This document shows, piece by piece, positions 10,841 to 25,696 of a stretch of DNA of 64,000 bases. Numbering within the stretch: position 1 is the stretch's first letter; every line of letters begins with the position of its first letter. The notes beneath the pieces are model-generated. The model ran no database searches. It was not told the DNA's origin and saw only the letters and a program-made list of their open reading frames with translations. Location of the stretch: positions 5,653 through 69,652 of the forward strand of contig NZ_CAXVWM010000117.1 of the NCBI RefSeq assembly GCF_964263775.1, read 5' to 3'. The stretch is from Agreia sp. GTDB taxonomy: Bacteria; Actinomycetota; Actinomycetes; Actinomycetales; Microbacteriaceae. The translations under genes and the position numbers were made by a program.

Positions 10841-11571
10841 CGACCGACCACGGGGGCACCACCGCAGAGCCGCGACAGGGATCGAACCGCCTCAAAGGCC
10901 TGATGATCCTCGGCGTCGTCGTCGTGAGTGCACTCGTATTCCTGGCGTGGTCGCAGTCGTGGGGAACCGTCGGCGTGACGGGCGACGGAGCATCCGGTCG
11001 CACCCTCGACGTGCCCGGGGCCACCGCGGCACCCGCGCTGGCGGCGCTTGGACTCGCGGGGCTCGCGAGCGCCGCGGCGCTCGCGATCGCGGGCCCGGTC
11101 ATCCGCATCGTGCTCGGCGTGCTCCAGGTTCTGCTCGGGGCGAGCATCGCCCTCTCGGGTGCCGGGCCGCTCATCGACCCCGTGACCGCGGGCGCCCCGG
11201 TCGTGACCGCGGCGACCGGCGTGGCCGGGAAAGAATCGATCCGGGCGATCGCCGAGAGCGAGGCTGTCACCGCCTGGCCCGTCGTCGCCATCGTGCTGGG
11301 CGCCCTGCTCGCTGCTCTGGGCGTCGCCGTGGCCGTCACGACGACCCGGTGGCCGACTTCGGGCCGCAGATATCAGTCCGCGCGATTCGCGTCTGAAGAC
11401 GGCCGTGTGCGGGGCGCAGACGACCTACTCGACCTCGTCGACGATGAAACCGATCCCGACGAGACTACGCCCGGCGTCGCGGAGAGTCCGGACGACGCCG
11501 CGGTACGCCGCAAAGCCGCATCGGTCGACAACTGGGACAGCCTGAGCCGCGGAACCGACCCGACCGCGTAG
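10837..11571 (+). CDS. Trp-operon-associated membrane protein (Rv1610/TIGR02234-like)
   Basis: ATG overlaps the trpE stop (ATGA). Has several hydrophobic segments and an acidic C-terminal tail. Lies in the conserved position between trpE and trpC seen in Actinobacteria. Confidence 0.7.
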   Translation: MTTDHGGTTAEPRQGSNRLKGLMILGVVVVSALVFLAWSQSWGTVGVTGDGASGRTLDVPGATAAPALAALGLAGLASAAALAIAGPVIRIVLGVLQVLLGASIALSGAGPLIDPVTAGAPVVTAATGVAGKESIRAIAESEAVTAWPVVAIVLGALLAALGVAVAVTTTRWPTSGRRYQSARFASEDGRVRGADDLLDLVDDETDPDETTPGVAESPDDAAVRRKAASVDNWDSLSRGTDPTA

Positions 11572-11636
11572 GCCTCTGGACGCCGGGCCGGGCATCCGTT
11601 TTCGACTACTATTGACCTTCGAACAAGAGGAGTTCC

Positions 11637-11867
11637 ATGAGCAGCGTTTCTGAAGAACCGGGCCACGGCCATTCGCCGGCGGCCTGGACGGCCGTGATCG
11701 TCATGTTGATCGCCTTCAGCATCGGCACCGTAGCGTTCTTCTTCGACGTGCAGTGGCTCGTCTGGGCATCCGCAGGGCTCGTGATCGTGGGCGCGATCCT
11801 CGGCAAGATCCTGTCGGTCGCCGGGTACGGCGCCTACAGCCCGCGGTACGCCGGCAAGGGACACTAG
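11637..11867 (+). CDS. Small membrane protein, HGxxPAAW family
   Basis: 76 aa. GHGHSPAAW motif followed by two hydrophobic helices. SD-like gaggag lies upstream of the ATG. Confidence 0.7.
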   Translation: MSSVSEEPGHGHSPAAWTAVIVMLIAFSIGTVAFFFDVQWLVWASAGLVIVGAILGKILSVAGYGAYSPRYAGKGH

Positions 11868-11870
11868 AGG

Positions 11871-12646
11871 GTGCTCGACCAGCTCCTCGCCGGGGCAGTC
11901 GACGACGCCGCGACGCGACAGCAGGCCGCGAGCCTGTCGGTCGTCGAGGCAGCAGCGCTCGCGGCTCCCGCGCCCCTCGATGCGCTCTCCTTCCTGGCGC
12001 CGGCAGATCACGTCAAGGTGATCGCCGAGATCAAGCGATCCAGCCCGTCCAAGGGCGCCCTCGCCGACATCGTCGACCCGCAGGCCCTCGCGCGTGAGTA
12101 CGAGGCCGGGGGCGCGAGCGCGGTGAGCGTGCTCACCGAGGGTCGTCGCTTCGGCGGTTCCCTCGACGACCTTCGCGCCGTGCGTGCCGCGGTCACCATC
12201 CCGGTGCTGCGCAAAGACTTCATCGGTCTTGAGTACCAGGTGTTCGAGGCCCGCGCCGCCGGTGCCGATCTCGTTCTGCTCATCGTGGCGGCCCTCGAGC
12301 AGAAGACGCTGATGCGGTTGCACGCGCTGATCACCGAGCTCGGCATGACCGCGCTGGTCGAGACGCACTCGGCTGACGAGGTCAGCCGGGCGATCGATCT
12401 CGGTTCTCGCGTCATCGGGGTCAACGCGCGCGACCTGAGCTCGTTCGAGCTCGACCCCGACCTGTTCGGCCGTCTCGCGGGCGGCATTCCCGACGGCACA
12501 GTACGCATCGCGGAATCCGCGGTGAAGACCGCCGACGACGTGGCCCACTATCGCCGTGCCGGCGCAGACGTCGTGCTTGTGGGAGAAGCCCTCGTCACCC
12601 ACGGCAGCCCGCGCCAGACCCTCACAGAATTCCTGAGCGTGACCCC

Positions 12647-12650
<4 letters not shown>
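11871..12650 (+). CDS. trpC: Indole-3-glycerol phosphate synthase
   Basis: Motifs [28 protein letters not shown] and PVLRKDFI. Confidence 0.93.
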
Positions 12651-13872
<1,222 letters not shown>

Positions 13873-13876
<4 letters not shown>

Positions 13877-14676
13877 CCGCCGCGAGCGTCGTAAAATCTC
13901 CCGTCGCATCCGCTATCGAGGCCAGCCGCACGGCTCGCGCAGGTGCCTTCATCGGCTACCTTCCCATCGGCTACCCCAACCTCGATGACAGCATCGACGC
14001 CGCCGTGGTCCTCGTCGAGAACGGCGTCGACGTTCTCGAGCTCGGCATCCCGTACTCAGATCCGGTGATGGACGGCCCGGTCATCCAGAGGGCGGCGCAG
14101 GCGTCTCTCGACGGCGGCTTCCGGCTGCGCGACGCGTTCACGGCGGTCGAGAAGATCCGGGCCCGGGTCGACGCGCCCATCCTTCTGATGACCTACTGGA
14201 ATCCCGTCGTACAGTACGGCGTCGCGCGATTCGCCGACGATCTCCTGTCCGCCGGGGGAGCCGGGCTCATCACGCCCGACCTCACCGTCGACTCCGGCGC
14301 CGACTGGCTGTGCGAGAGCGACCGCACCGGCCTCGACAGGGTTTTTCTGGCAGCGCCCACCTCGACCGATGAACGCCTCGAACTCGCCGTCGAGAACAGC
14401 CGGGGATTCGTCTACACGGTCTCGACGATGGGAACGACCGGCGCACGGGCCGAACTCGGCGCAGCCGCAGAGAAGCTCGTCGGCCGGCTGCGCTCCGTCG
14501 GATCCACCAGCGCCTGCGTCGGCATCGGCGTCTCCACCGCCGACCAGATCGCCGAGATCCTCGGCTACGCCGACGGTGCGATCGTCGGATCCGCGCTCGT
14601 GCGCGCCCTGGCAGAAGACGGCGTCGAGGGCGTCGCTCGCCTGGCCGCCCAGCTGGCGTCCGGCACCGCGCGCTGA
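13873..14676 (+). CDS. trpA: Tryptophan synthase alpha chain
   Basis: Motifs GYLPIGYPN and [21 protein letters not shown] overlaps the trpB stop (ATGA). Confidence 0.93.
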
Positions 14677-14717
14677 GCGTCGGCTCGGCCGTCCTACAAT
14701 AAGCAACAGTCCCTCCA

Positions 14718-14750
14718 CGCCTGTTCACGCCGTTTGGCGAGCAACAGGCG
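14718..14750 (+). terminator. Stem-loop downstream of trpA (cgcctgtt ... aacaggcg, with inner cgcc-gttt-ggcg)
   Basis: 8-bp outer stem plus 4-bp inner stem, read directly. No U-tract. Confidence 0.3.
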
Positions 14751-14786
14751 CCCGCATGAGCACAACACGATGAAAGGTCGAAACCG

Positions 14787-15818
14787 TTGGTCTTCGCCCC
14801 CACCAGCATCCCGAGCCCCACGTGGCAGTCATTCGACCTCACCCAATGGTTCAGTGACATCGGACTGACGTTCCTGGTCACACCGAGCCACATCGAGATC
14901 CGTGCCTACGCGCTGTGCATCCTCGCGGGCATCGTGCTCGCCACCATTCTCACGTCGCGCCGTCTCACGGCTCGCGGCGCCGAGCCAGGCGTCGTGCTCG
15001 ACATCATCCTGTGGGCCATACCCTTCGGAATCGTCGGAGCCCGCATCTACCATGTACTCACGCACCCGGGCGACTACTTCGGCGAAGGCATCGAGTGGTG
15101 GAGGGTCTTCGCCATCTGGGAGGGCGGCATCGCCATCTTCGGCTCGCTGATCGGCGGCGCCGTCGGCGCGTACATCGGCTGCCGACTGAGCGGCATCCGA
15201 TTCTGGACGTTCGCCGACGCCCTCGCTCCGGGCATGCTCCTCGCCCAGGCCGCGGGTCGCTTCGGCAACTACTTCAACCATGAACTCTTCGGCACGCCGA
15301 CCGATCTTCCGTGGGGCCTCGAGATCCCCCAGCCGAATGCGGCGATTCCGGTCGGTCTCGCCGACGGAACGCTGTTTCATCCCACCTTCCTCTACGAGGT
15401 CATCTGGAACCTGGCCGGGGTCGCGGTCATCCTGTTGCTCGAGCGCAAGCTCCACCTCCAGTGGGGCAAGGTCTTCGGCGTCTACCTGATCTGGTACGGC
15501 ATCGGTCGCACCATGTTCGAGACGATGCGCGTCGACCCGAGCGAGATCTTCCTGGGCGTACGCACGAACGTCTGGGGCGCCTGGATCGCCATCGTCATCG
15601 GCCTCCTCATCATCCTCATCCAGAACCGCGAGCACCCCGGTGCCGAGCCCGGACCGTACCGGCCCGGCGCGGAGTGGCTCCCCGCGGGTGCTGGGGTAGA
15701 ATCGAGCGATACTTACTCGGATGACGAGCTCAGGGGCGATGGGGCCACCGATTCTCGCGAGAAAGAACCCGTCGCACCAGACGCCACAAGCGTTCTCGGT
15801 ACGAAATCCACGAACTGA
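14787..15818 (+). CDS. lgt: Prolipoprotein diacylglyceryl transferase
   Basis: Motifs [25 protein letters not shown] and [27 protein letters not shown] start. Long hydrophilic C-terminal tail. Confidence 0.9.
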   Translation: MVFAPTSIPSPTWQSFDLTQWFSDIGLTFLVTPSHIEIRAYALCILAGIVLATILTSRRLTARGAEPGVVLDIILWAIPFGIVGARIYHVLTHPGDYFGEGIEWWRVFAIWEGGIAIFGSLIGGAVGAYIGCRLSGIRFWTFADALAPGMLLAQAAGRFGNYFNHELFGTPTDLPWGLEIPQPNAAIPVGLADGTLFHPTFLYEVIWNLAGVAVILLLERKLHLQWGKVFGVYLIWYGIGRTMFETMRVDPSEIFLGVRTNVWGAWIAIVIGLLIILIQNREHPGAEPGPYRPGAEWLPAGAGVESSDTYSDDELRGDGATDSREKEPVAPDATSVLGTKSTN

Positions 15819-15955
15819 ACACGACAGTCACGTCACTCACGTACTCAGCTTCCGAACATCCTGATTGCCGACCCGACAGGGCATCACGGCATCTCCCCCC
15901 ATGGGCCAGCGGCGTCCCAGATCCTTCAGTAATTCACGTAGAGGACGGCACTCCC

Positions 15956-20540
<4,585 letters not shown>

Positions 20541-20548
<8 letters not shown>

Positions 20549-21998
20549 TCCCAAGGGATTCCTGAAGGTCCAGGAGCGTGAGCTGCCCAAGAGACGACCG
20601 GTCTCGGTGCGACTCATGGACTGGAAAGAGGTCTACGAGCAGGGCGACCCATCTGAACTCCGCCGCCAGGCCGGTCGCTGCATGGACTGCGGCATCCCGT
20701 TCTGTCACCAGGGATGCCCCCTCGGCAACCTGATTCCCGAGTGGAACGACCTCATGTTCCGCGGGGAAGGCCGACAGGCGATCGAACGGCTGCACGCCAC
20801 CAACAACTTCCCGGAGTTCACCGGCCGACTGTGCCCGGCACCCTGTGAGAGCTCGTGCGTGCTCGGCATCAACCAGCCGGCGGTCACCATCAAACAGGTC
20901 GAGGTGTCGATCATCGACCAGGCGTTCGCCAACGGATGGGTGCAGCCGCACCCGCCCGAGCGTCTCAGCGGCAAGACGGTCGCCGTGGTCGGGTCGGGGC
21001 CCGCCGGGCTCGCCGCGGCACAGCAGCTGACCCGTGCGGGGCACACGGTGGCCGTGTACGAGCGCGACGACCGCATCGGAGGTCTGCTCCGCTATGGCAT
21101 CCCGGATTTCAAAATGGAGAAGAAGCAGCTCGAGCAGCGTCTGAACCAGATGATGGCGGAGGGAACCCGCTTCCGCGCCGGGATCACCATCGGCGTCGAC
21201 ATCGGCTGGGCCGACCTCAGGGCCCGCTACGACGCCGTCATCGTCTGCACCGGCGCAACCGTTCCGCGAGACCTCCCCATCCCGGGCCGCGACCTCTCCG
21301 GCGTGCACTTCGCCATGGACTACCTCGTGCAGCAGAACAGGTTGGGCGCGGGCGACACGATCGCCGACCAGATCACTGCGGAAGACAAGCACGTCGTCGT
21401 TCTGGGTGGCGGCGACACCGGTGCCGACTGCATCGGAACGGCGCACCGTCAGGGAGCGCGCTCCGTCACCAACTTGGCCATCGGCGCGCAGCCCCCGAGC
21501 GAACGACGCGACGACCAGCCCTGGCCGACCTTCCCGACGCTCTTCGAGGTCGCGAGCGCTCATGAAGAGGGTGGAGAAAGGCAGTACCTCGCCTCGACGG
21601 TCGAGTTCCTGTCGAACGAGTCCGGTGAGGTGCGGGCCATCCGCGTCGCCGAGACCGAGTTCATCGACGGTCGTCGCGTGCCGAAGGCCGGCTCCGAGCG
21701 CGAGATTCCCGCCGACCTCGTGCTTCTTGCATTGGGATTCACGGGCGCCGAGCACACCGATCTCACAGACCAGCTGGGTGCGCGCTTCGATGCCCGGGGC
21801 ACTGTTGACCGAGCGAACGACTACCAGACGAGCGTGTCCGGCGTGTTCGCTGCCGGTGACGCTGGCCGCGGCCAGTCGCTCATCGTCTGGGCGATCGCCG
21901 AGGGACGTGCTGCGGCATCCGCCGTGGACGAGTACCTTGAAGGTGCGACAGAACTTCCCTTCCCCGTCAAGCCGACCGATCGCTCTATCTCCATCTAG
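20541..21998 (+). CDS. gltD: Glutamate synthase small (NADPH) subunit
   Basis: [23 protein letters not shown] Fe-S motif and [14 protein letters not shown] dinucleotide fold. Overlaps the gltB end by 8 nt. Confidence 0.96.
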
Positions 21999-22092
21999 TT
22001 CCTCCCCAGTCCTGTTCCATCCTTCATCCGATTCAGCCACTGATCCCTATTGCGCCCAGACGGGCGCGGAGAACACGGAGTACCACCACACG

Positions 22093-23538
22093 ATGAGACG
22101 CGCAAAAATCGTGGCCACCCTCGGCCCGGCAACCTCCAGTTACACCGACATCCGGGCGATCATCGACGCCGGTGTCGATGTCTGCCGCATGAACCTGAGC
22201 CATGGAACCTACGACGTGCACGAGGGCATCTACGCCACGGTGCGTCAGGCAGCGGCCGACTCGGGCCGGGCCGTCGCCGTGCTGGTCGACCTGCAGGGTC
22301 CCAAGATCCGCCTCGGCAAGTTCGAGGGCGGCCCCTACTATCTCAATGAAGGCGACATCTTCACCATCACGATCGACGACGTCCTCGGAACGAAAGAGCT
22401 CTCGGGTACGACGTTCAAGGGCCTTCCGCAAGACGTCAAGCCCGGCGACTTTCTGCTCATCGACGACGGCAAGGTCAAGGTCGAGGTCGTCGCCTCCGAT
22501 GACCGCACGGTCACCACGAAGGTGATCGTCGCCGGCAATGTCTCGAACAACAAGGGCATCAACCTGCCCGGGGTCGCGGTCAACGTGCCGGCCCTGTCGT
22601 CGAAAGACGAGGCCGACCTGCGCTGGGGCCTGAAGCTCGGCGCCGACCTCATCGCCCTCTCCTTCGTTCGCGACGCGAAAGACGTCGAGCGGGTACACGA
22701 GATCATGGCCGAAGAGAACCGCCGCGTTCCCGTCATCGCCAAGATCGAGAAGCCGCAGGCGGTCGACAACCTCGAAGAGATCATCGATGCATTCGACAGC
22801 ATCATGGTCGCCCGCGGAGACCTGGGCGTCGAGCTTCCCCTCGAGGCGGTTCCGATTGTTCAGAAGCGAGCGATCGAGCTGTCACGACGCATGGCCAAGC
22901 CGGTCATCGTGGCCACGCAAATGCTCGAGTCGATGATCTCCAGCCCGATCCCGACCCGCGCCGAGACCTCAGACGTCGCCAACGCCGTCCTCGACGGTGC
23001 CGACGCCGTGATGCTGAGCGGCGAGACGAGTGTCGGCGAGTACCCGGTCATCACGGTGCAGACCATGGCGCGGATCGTCGAATCCACCGAGATCCACGGC
23101 CTCGACCGCATCCCGGCGCTCGGCACGAAGCCGCGAACCCAGGGCGGCGCCGTCACGCTCGCAGCAGAAGAGGTCGCCAACTTCGTCGAGGCGAAGTTCG
23201 TGGTCGTCTTCACCGAATCGGGCGACTCCGTGCGTCGTATGTCGCGCCTGCGGTCGAAGATTCCCATGATCGGCCTCACTCCCGAAGACGGAATCCGCGA
23301 CCGCATGGCCCTCACCTGGGGTGTCGAGTCGTATCTCACCGAGCGTGTCAAGCACACCGATCAGCTCATGGTGCAGGTCGACGACGTGCTTCTCGGAAGA
23401 GAGCTTGCAGACATCGGCGACAAGGTGGTCGTGATCAGCGGATCGCCCCCCGGAAAGTCGGGCACGACGAACGACATGCGCATCCATGTCGTCGGATCGG
23501 CCCACAACCCGACCAAGCCCGAGGTCATCGAGAACTAG
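22093..23538 (+). CDS. pyk: Pyruvate kinase
   Basis: Motifs MRRAKIVATLGPAT, IMVARGDLGVELP and ATQMLESM. The ORF-track extension back to 21406 overlaps gltD and was rejected. Confidence 0.95.
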   Translation: MRRAKIVATLGPATSSYTDIRAIIDAGVDVCRMNLSHGTYDVHEGIYATVRQAAADSGRAVAVLVDLQGPKIRLGKFEGGPYYLNEGDIFTITIDDVLGTKELSGTTFKGLPQDVKPGDFLLIDDGKVKVEVVASDDRTVTTKVIVAGNVSNNKGINLPGVAVNVPALSSKDEADLRWGLKLGADLIALSFVRDAKDVERVHEIMAEENRRVPVIAKIEKPQAVDNLEEIIDAFDSIMVARGDLGVELPLEAVPIVQKRAIELSRRMAKPVIVATQMLESMISSPIPTRAETSDVANAVLDGADAVMLSGETSVGEYPVITVQTMARIVESTEIHGLDRIPALGTKPRTQGGAVTLAAEEVANFVEAKFVVVFTESGDSVRRMSRLRSKIPMIGLTPEDGIRDRMALTWGVESYLTERVKHTDQLMVQVDDVLLGRELADIGDKVVVISGSPPGKSGTTNDMRIHVVGSAHNPTKPEVIEN

Positions 23539-23559
23539 CAGTAACGCCGCGTGCAGTGT

Positions 23560-23596
23560 CGACTCTCCTTCCTGTCGAGGCCCGGTGGGAGAGTCG
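23560..23596 (+). terminator. Stem-loop after pyk (cgactctcc ... ggagagtcg)
   Basis: 9-bp perfect stem with a loop of about 19 nt. No clear U-tract. Confidence 0.3.
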
Positions 23597-23635
23597 GGCG
23601 TGATTTACGAACTCTGAAGGGCGAAAGAAATTCTG

Positions 23636-24346
23636 GTGAGTACTCCGATGCGATTTGTCGCCTTACTGTTTCCGAACGTGACTCAGCTCGATCTGACCGG
23701 CCCGGTTCAAGTGTTCGCCGGATTGCCGAACGCGACGATCGATCTCGCGTGGCACCGGATCGAACCCGTAGAAACCGATGCCGGATTCTCGATCATGCCG
23801 ACCACTACATTCGGCGAAGCGCCCCAAGCCGACATCCTCATGATTCCGGGCGGCCAAGGCGCGTTCGAGTTGATGGACGACCCTGTGGCGATTGACTTCA
23901 TCCGTCGCCAGGCCGAGGGCGCCCGTTACGTCACGAGTGTCTGCACGGGTGCTTTTGTGCTGGGCGCCGCGGGGTTGCTCGACGGTCGCCGCGCAACTAC
24001 CCACTGGGCGTCACATTCGATGCTCGACATGTTCGGTGCCATACCGGTGCACGACCGAGTGGTTCGCGACGGCAACGTGATCACCGCCGGAGGGGTGACA
24101 AGCGGAATAGACTTCGCGCTCACCGTCGCGGCGGAGGTCTATGACGAGCAGACGGCGCGAGCCGTGCAGCTCACCCTGGAGTACGACCCCCGCCCGCCGT
24201 TCGACTCGGGCTCGCCCTCTCGTGCGGAGGCCGACCACGGTCAGGTCACGCGCATGATCGACGAGGCGAAAGCCAGCCGAGAACCGTTGGTGGCACGGGC
24301 CGTGTCACGCCTCCGAGCAGACGTCAACACGCAGGGACGAAACTAA
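23636..24346 (+). CDS. DJ-1/PfpI family (class I glutamine amidotransferase-like) protein
   Basis: Nucleophile-elbow motif SVCTGAFVLGAAGLL, plus ITAGGVTSGIDFAL. Start is GTG 23636 or ATG 23648. Confidence 0.8.
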   Translation: MSTPMRFVALLFPNVTQLDLTGPVQVFAGLPNATIDLAWHRIEPVETDAGFSIMPTTTFGEAPQADILMIPGGQGAFELMDDPVAIDFIRRQAEGARYVTSVCTGAFVLGAAGLLDGRRATTHWASHSMLDMFGAIPVHDRVVRDGNVITAGGVTSGIDFALTVAAEVYDEQTARAVQLTLEYDPRPPFDSGSPSRAEADHGQVTRMIDEAKASREPLVARAVSRLRADVNTQGRN

Positions 24347-24402
24347 CGCACTCGTGCTGTGGCGATCGGACTCGACAGCGCGAGAGACGCAATCACAGGT
24401 AG

Positions 24403-24485
24403 TACCGGTGGTGGGACTCGAACCCACAAGCCCTTTCGGACAGCGCATTTTGAGTGCGCCGCGTCTGCCATTCCGCCACACCGGC
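24403..24485 (-). tRNA. tRNA-Leu (anticodon CAA)
   Basis: The reverse complement folds as a cloverleaf: acceptor GCCGGUG/CACCGGU, anticodon stem GCGCA/UGCGC with loop CU-CAA-AA, long variable arm, T-arm GUGGG-UUCGAGU-CCCAC, discriminator A. CCA is not encoded. Confidence 0.93.
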
Positions 24486-24525
24486 TCGTTCACGTGCTGG
24501 CATCAGAATACCGTAGGCTTGCAGA

Positions 24526-25131
24526 GTGTCAGACCAAGAAACCACACCCGTCGCGCCCCGTCGCGTTGTCGTTGCAGAAGACGAATCGCTGATCCGTCTC
24601 GATATCGTCGAGATTCTCCGTGACAACGGTTTCGAGGTCGTCGGCGAAGCCGGTGACGGCGAAACCGCCGTGGCCCTCGCCACAGAGCTGCGTCCCGACC
24701 TGGTCATCATGGATGTCAAGATGCCCCAACTCGATGGCATCTCGGCCGCCGAGCGCCTCAGCAAGGGACACATCGCCCCCGTGGTGCTCCTGACCGCGTT
24801 CAGCCAGAAAGAGCTCGTCGAGAGGGCCACCGAGGCCGGCGCCCTCGCCTACGTCGTCAAGCCGTTCACGCCGAGCGACCTGCTTCCCGCGATCGAGATC
24901 GCTCTTTCGCGCTACGCCCAGATCATCACGCTCGAGGCCGAGGTCGCCGACCTGGTCGAGCGGTTCGAAACCCGCAAGCTCGTCGACCGGGCCAAAGGGC
25001 TGCTCAACGAAAAAATGGGCCTGACCGAGCCCGAGGCTTTCCGCTGGATCCAGAAGGCGTCGATGGATCGCCGGCTCACCATGCACGATGTCGCCCTCGC
25101 GATCATCGAGCAGCTCAGCGCCAAGAAATAG
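24526..25131 (+). CDS. pdtaR: ANTAR-domain response regulator (PdtaR-like)
   Basis: Receiver domain (VVVAEDE..., DLVIMDVKMP, VVLLTAF, KPF) followed by a coiled-coil and an ANTAR region (LVDRAKGLLNEKMGLTEPEAFRWIQKASMDRRLTMHDVA). GTG start. Confidence 0.9.
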   Translation: MSDQETTPVAPRRVVVAEDESLIRLDIVEILRDNGFEVVGEAGDGETAVALATELRPDLVIMDVKMPQLDGISAAERLSKGHIAPVVLLTAFSQKELVERATEAGALAYVVKPFTPSDLLPAIEIALSRYAQIITLEAEVADLVERFETRKLVDRAKGLLNEKMGLTEPEAFRWIQKASMDRRLTMHDVALAIIEQLSAKK

Positions 25132-25187
25132 TGCCGGCCCTGTCGTCCAACCGTTCCGAGTTCGCAACGGGATTTCCGACAGCGTCG

Positions 25188-25220
25188 CTCAGTTCTACCG
25201 GGCGATGACCTCGAACTGAG
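25188..25220. terminator. Stem-loop between convergent pdtaR and the thioesterase gene (ctcagttc ... gaactgag)
   Basis: 8-bp perfect inverted repeat with a 17-nt loop, read directly. Confidence 0.3.
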
Positions 25221-25221
25221 T

Positions 25222-25641
25222 TCAGCTCTTCGTGTCGATGATCATGTTCGTGATCCGGATCGTCGAGCAGCGCCGACCCTGATCGTCGTCGATCGCGATC
25301 TCATGCGTTGTCAGCGTGCGCCCCAGGTGGATGGGCGTGCAGACGGCGGTCACGATGCCGGATCGAGCCGATCGGGTGTGCGACGCGTTGATCTCGATGC
25401 CTACGGCGAGACGGTCGGGGCCCGCGTGCAGATTGGCCGACATCGAGCCGAGCGATTCGCCGAGCACGACGTAGGCGCCTCCGTGAAGCAGATTCGCCGG
25501 CTGCCTGTTGCCCTCGACCGGCATCGTGGCCACCGCGCGTTCGAGCGAGAACTCGACGAACTCGATGCCCATCTTCGCTGCGAGTTCGCCCGCACCTCTC
25601 TCGCGGATCCAGCCGAGCGCATCCACGGAGTCTTCAGTCAT
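25222..25641 (-). CDS. PaaI-family hotdog-fold thioesterase
   Basis: 139 aa. NLLHGGAYVVLGESLGS motif followed by about 70 aa of beta-sheet region, typical of the TIGR00369-type domain. Confidence 0.8.
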   Translation of the reverse strand: MTEDSVDALGWIRERGAGELAAKMGIEFVEFSLERAVATMPVEGNRQPANLLHGGAYVVLGESLGSMSANLHAGPDRLAVGIEINASHTRSARSGIVTAVCTPIHLGRTLTTHEIAIDDDQGRRCSTIRITNMIIDTKS

Positions 25642-25696
25642 GATCGCCTTCGAAAGCTGGAGCCCGGCCGCCGTCGGAGGCGGCTTGTAGGCTGGG

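Noticed and set aside
15828-15842. Direct repeat tcacgt-cac-tcacgt upstream of gltB, considered as a GlnR/AmtR-type nitrogen box
   Set aside because: Does not fit the gTnAc-n6-GaAAc GlnR pattern at the required spacing. The repeat is too short to distinguish from chance.
23539-25221. DJ-1 gene, tRNA-Leu and pdtaR considered as a tRNA-associated genomic island
   Set aside because: No integrase, no direct repeat of the tRNA 3' end, and no compositional shift. The pyk...pdtaR...polA order is conserved backbone, as in mycobacteria.
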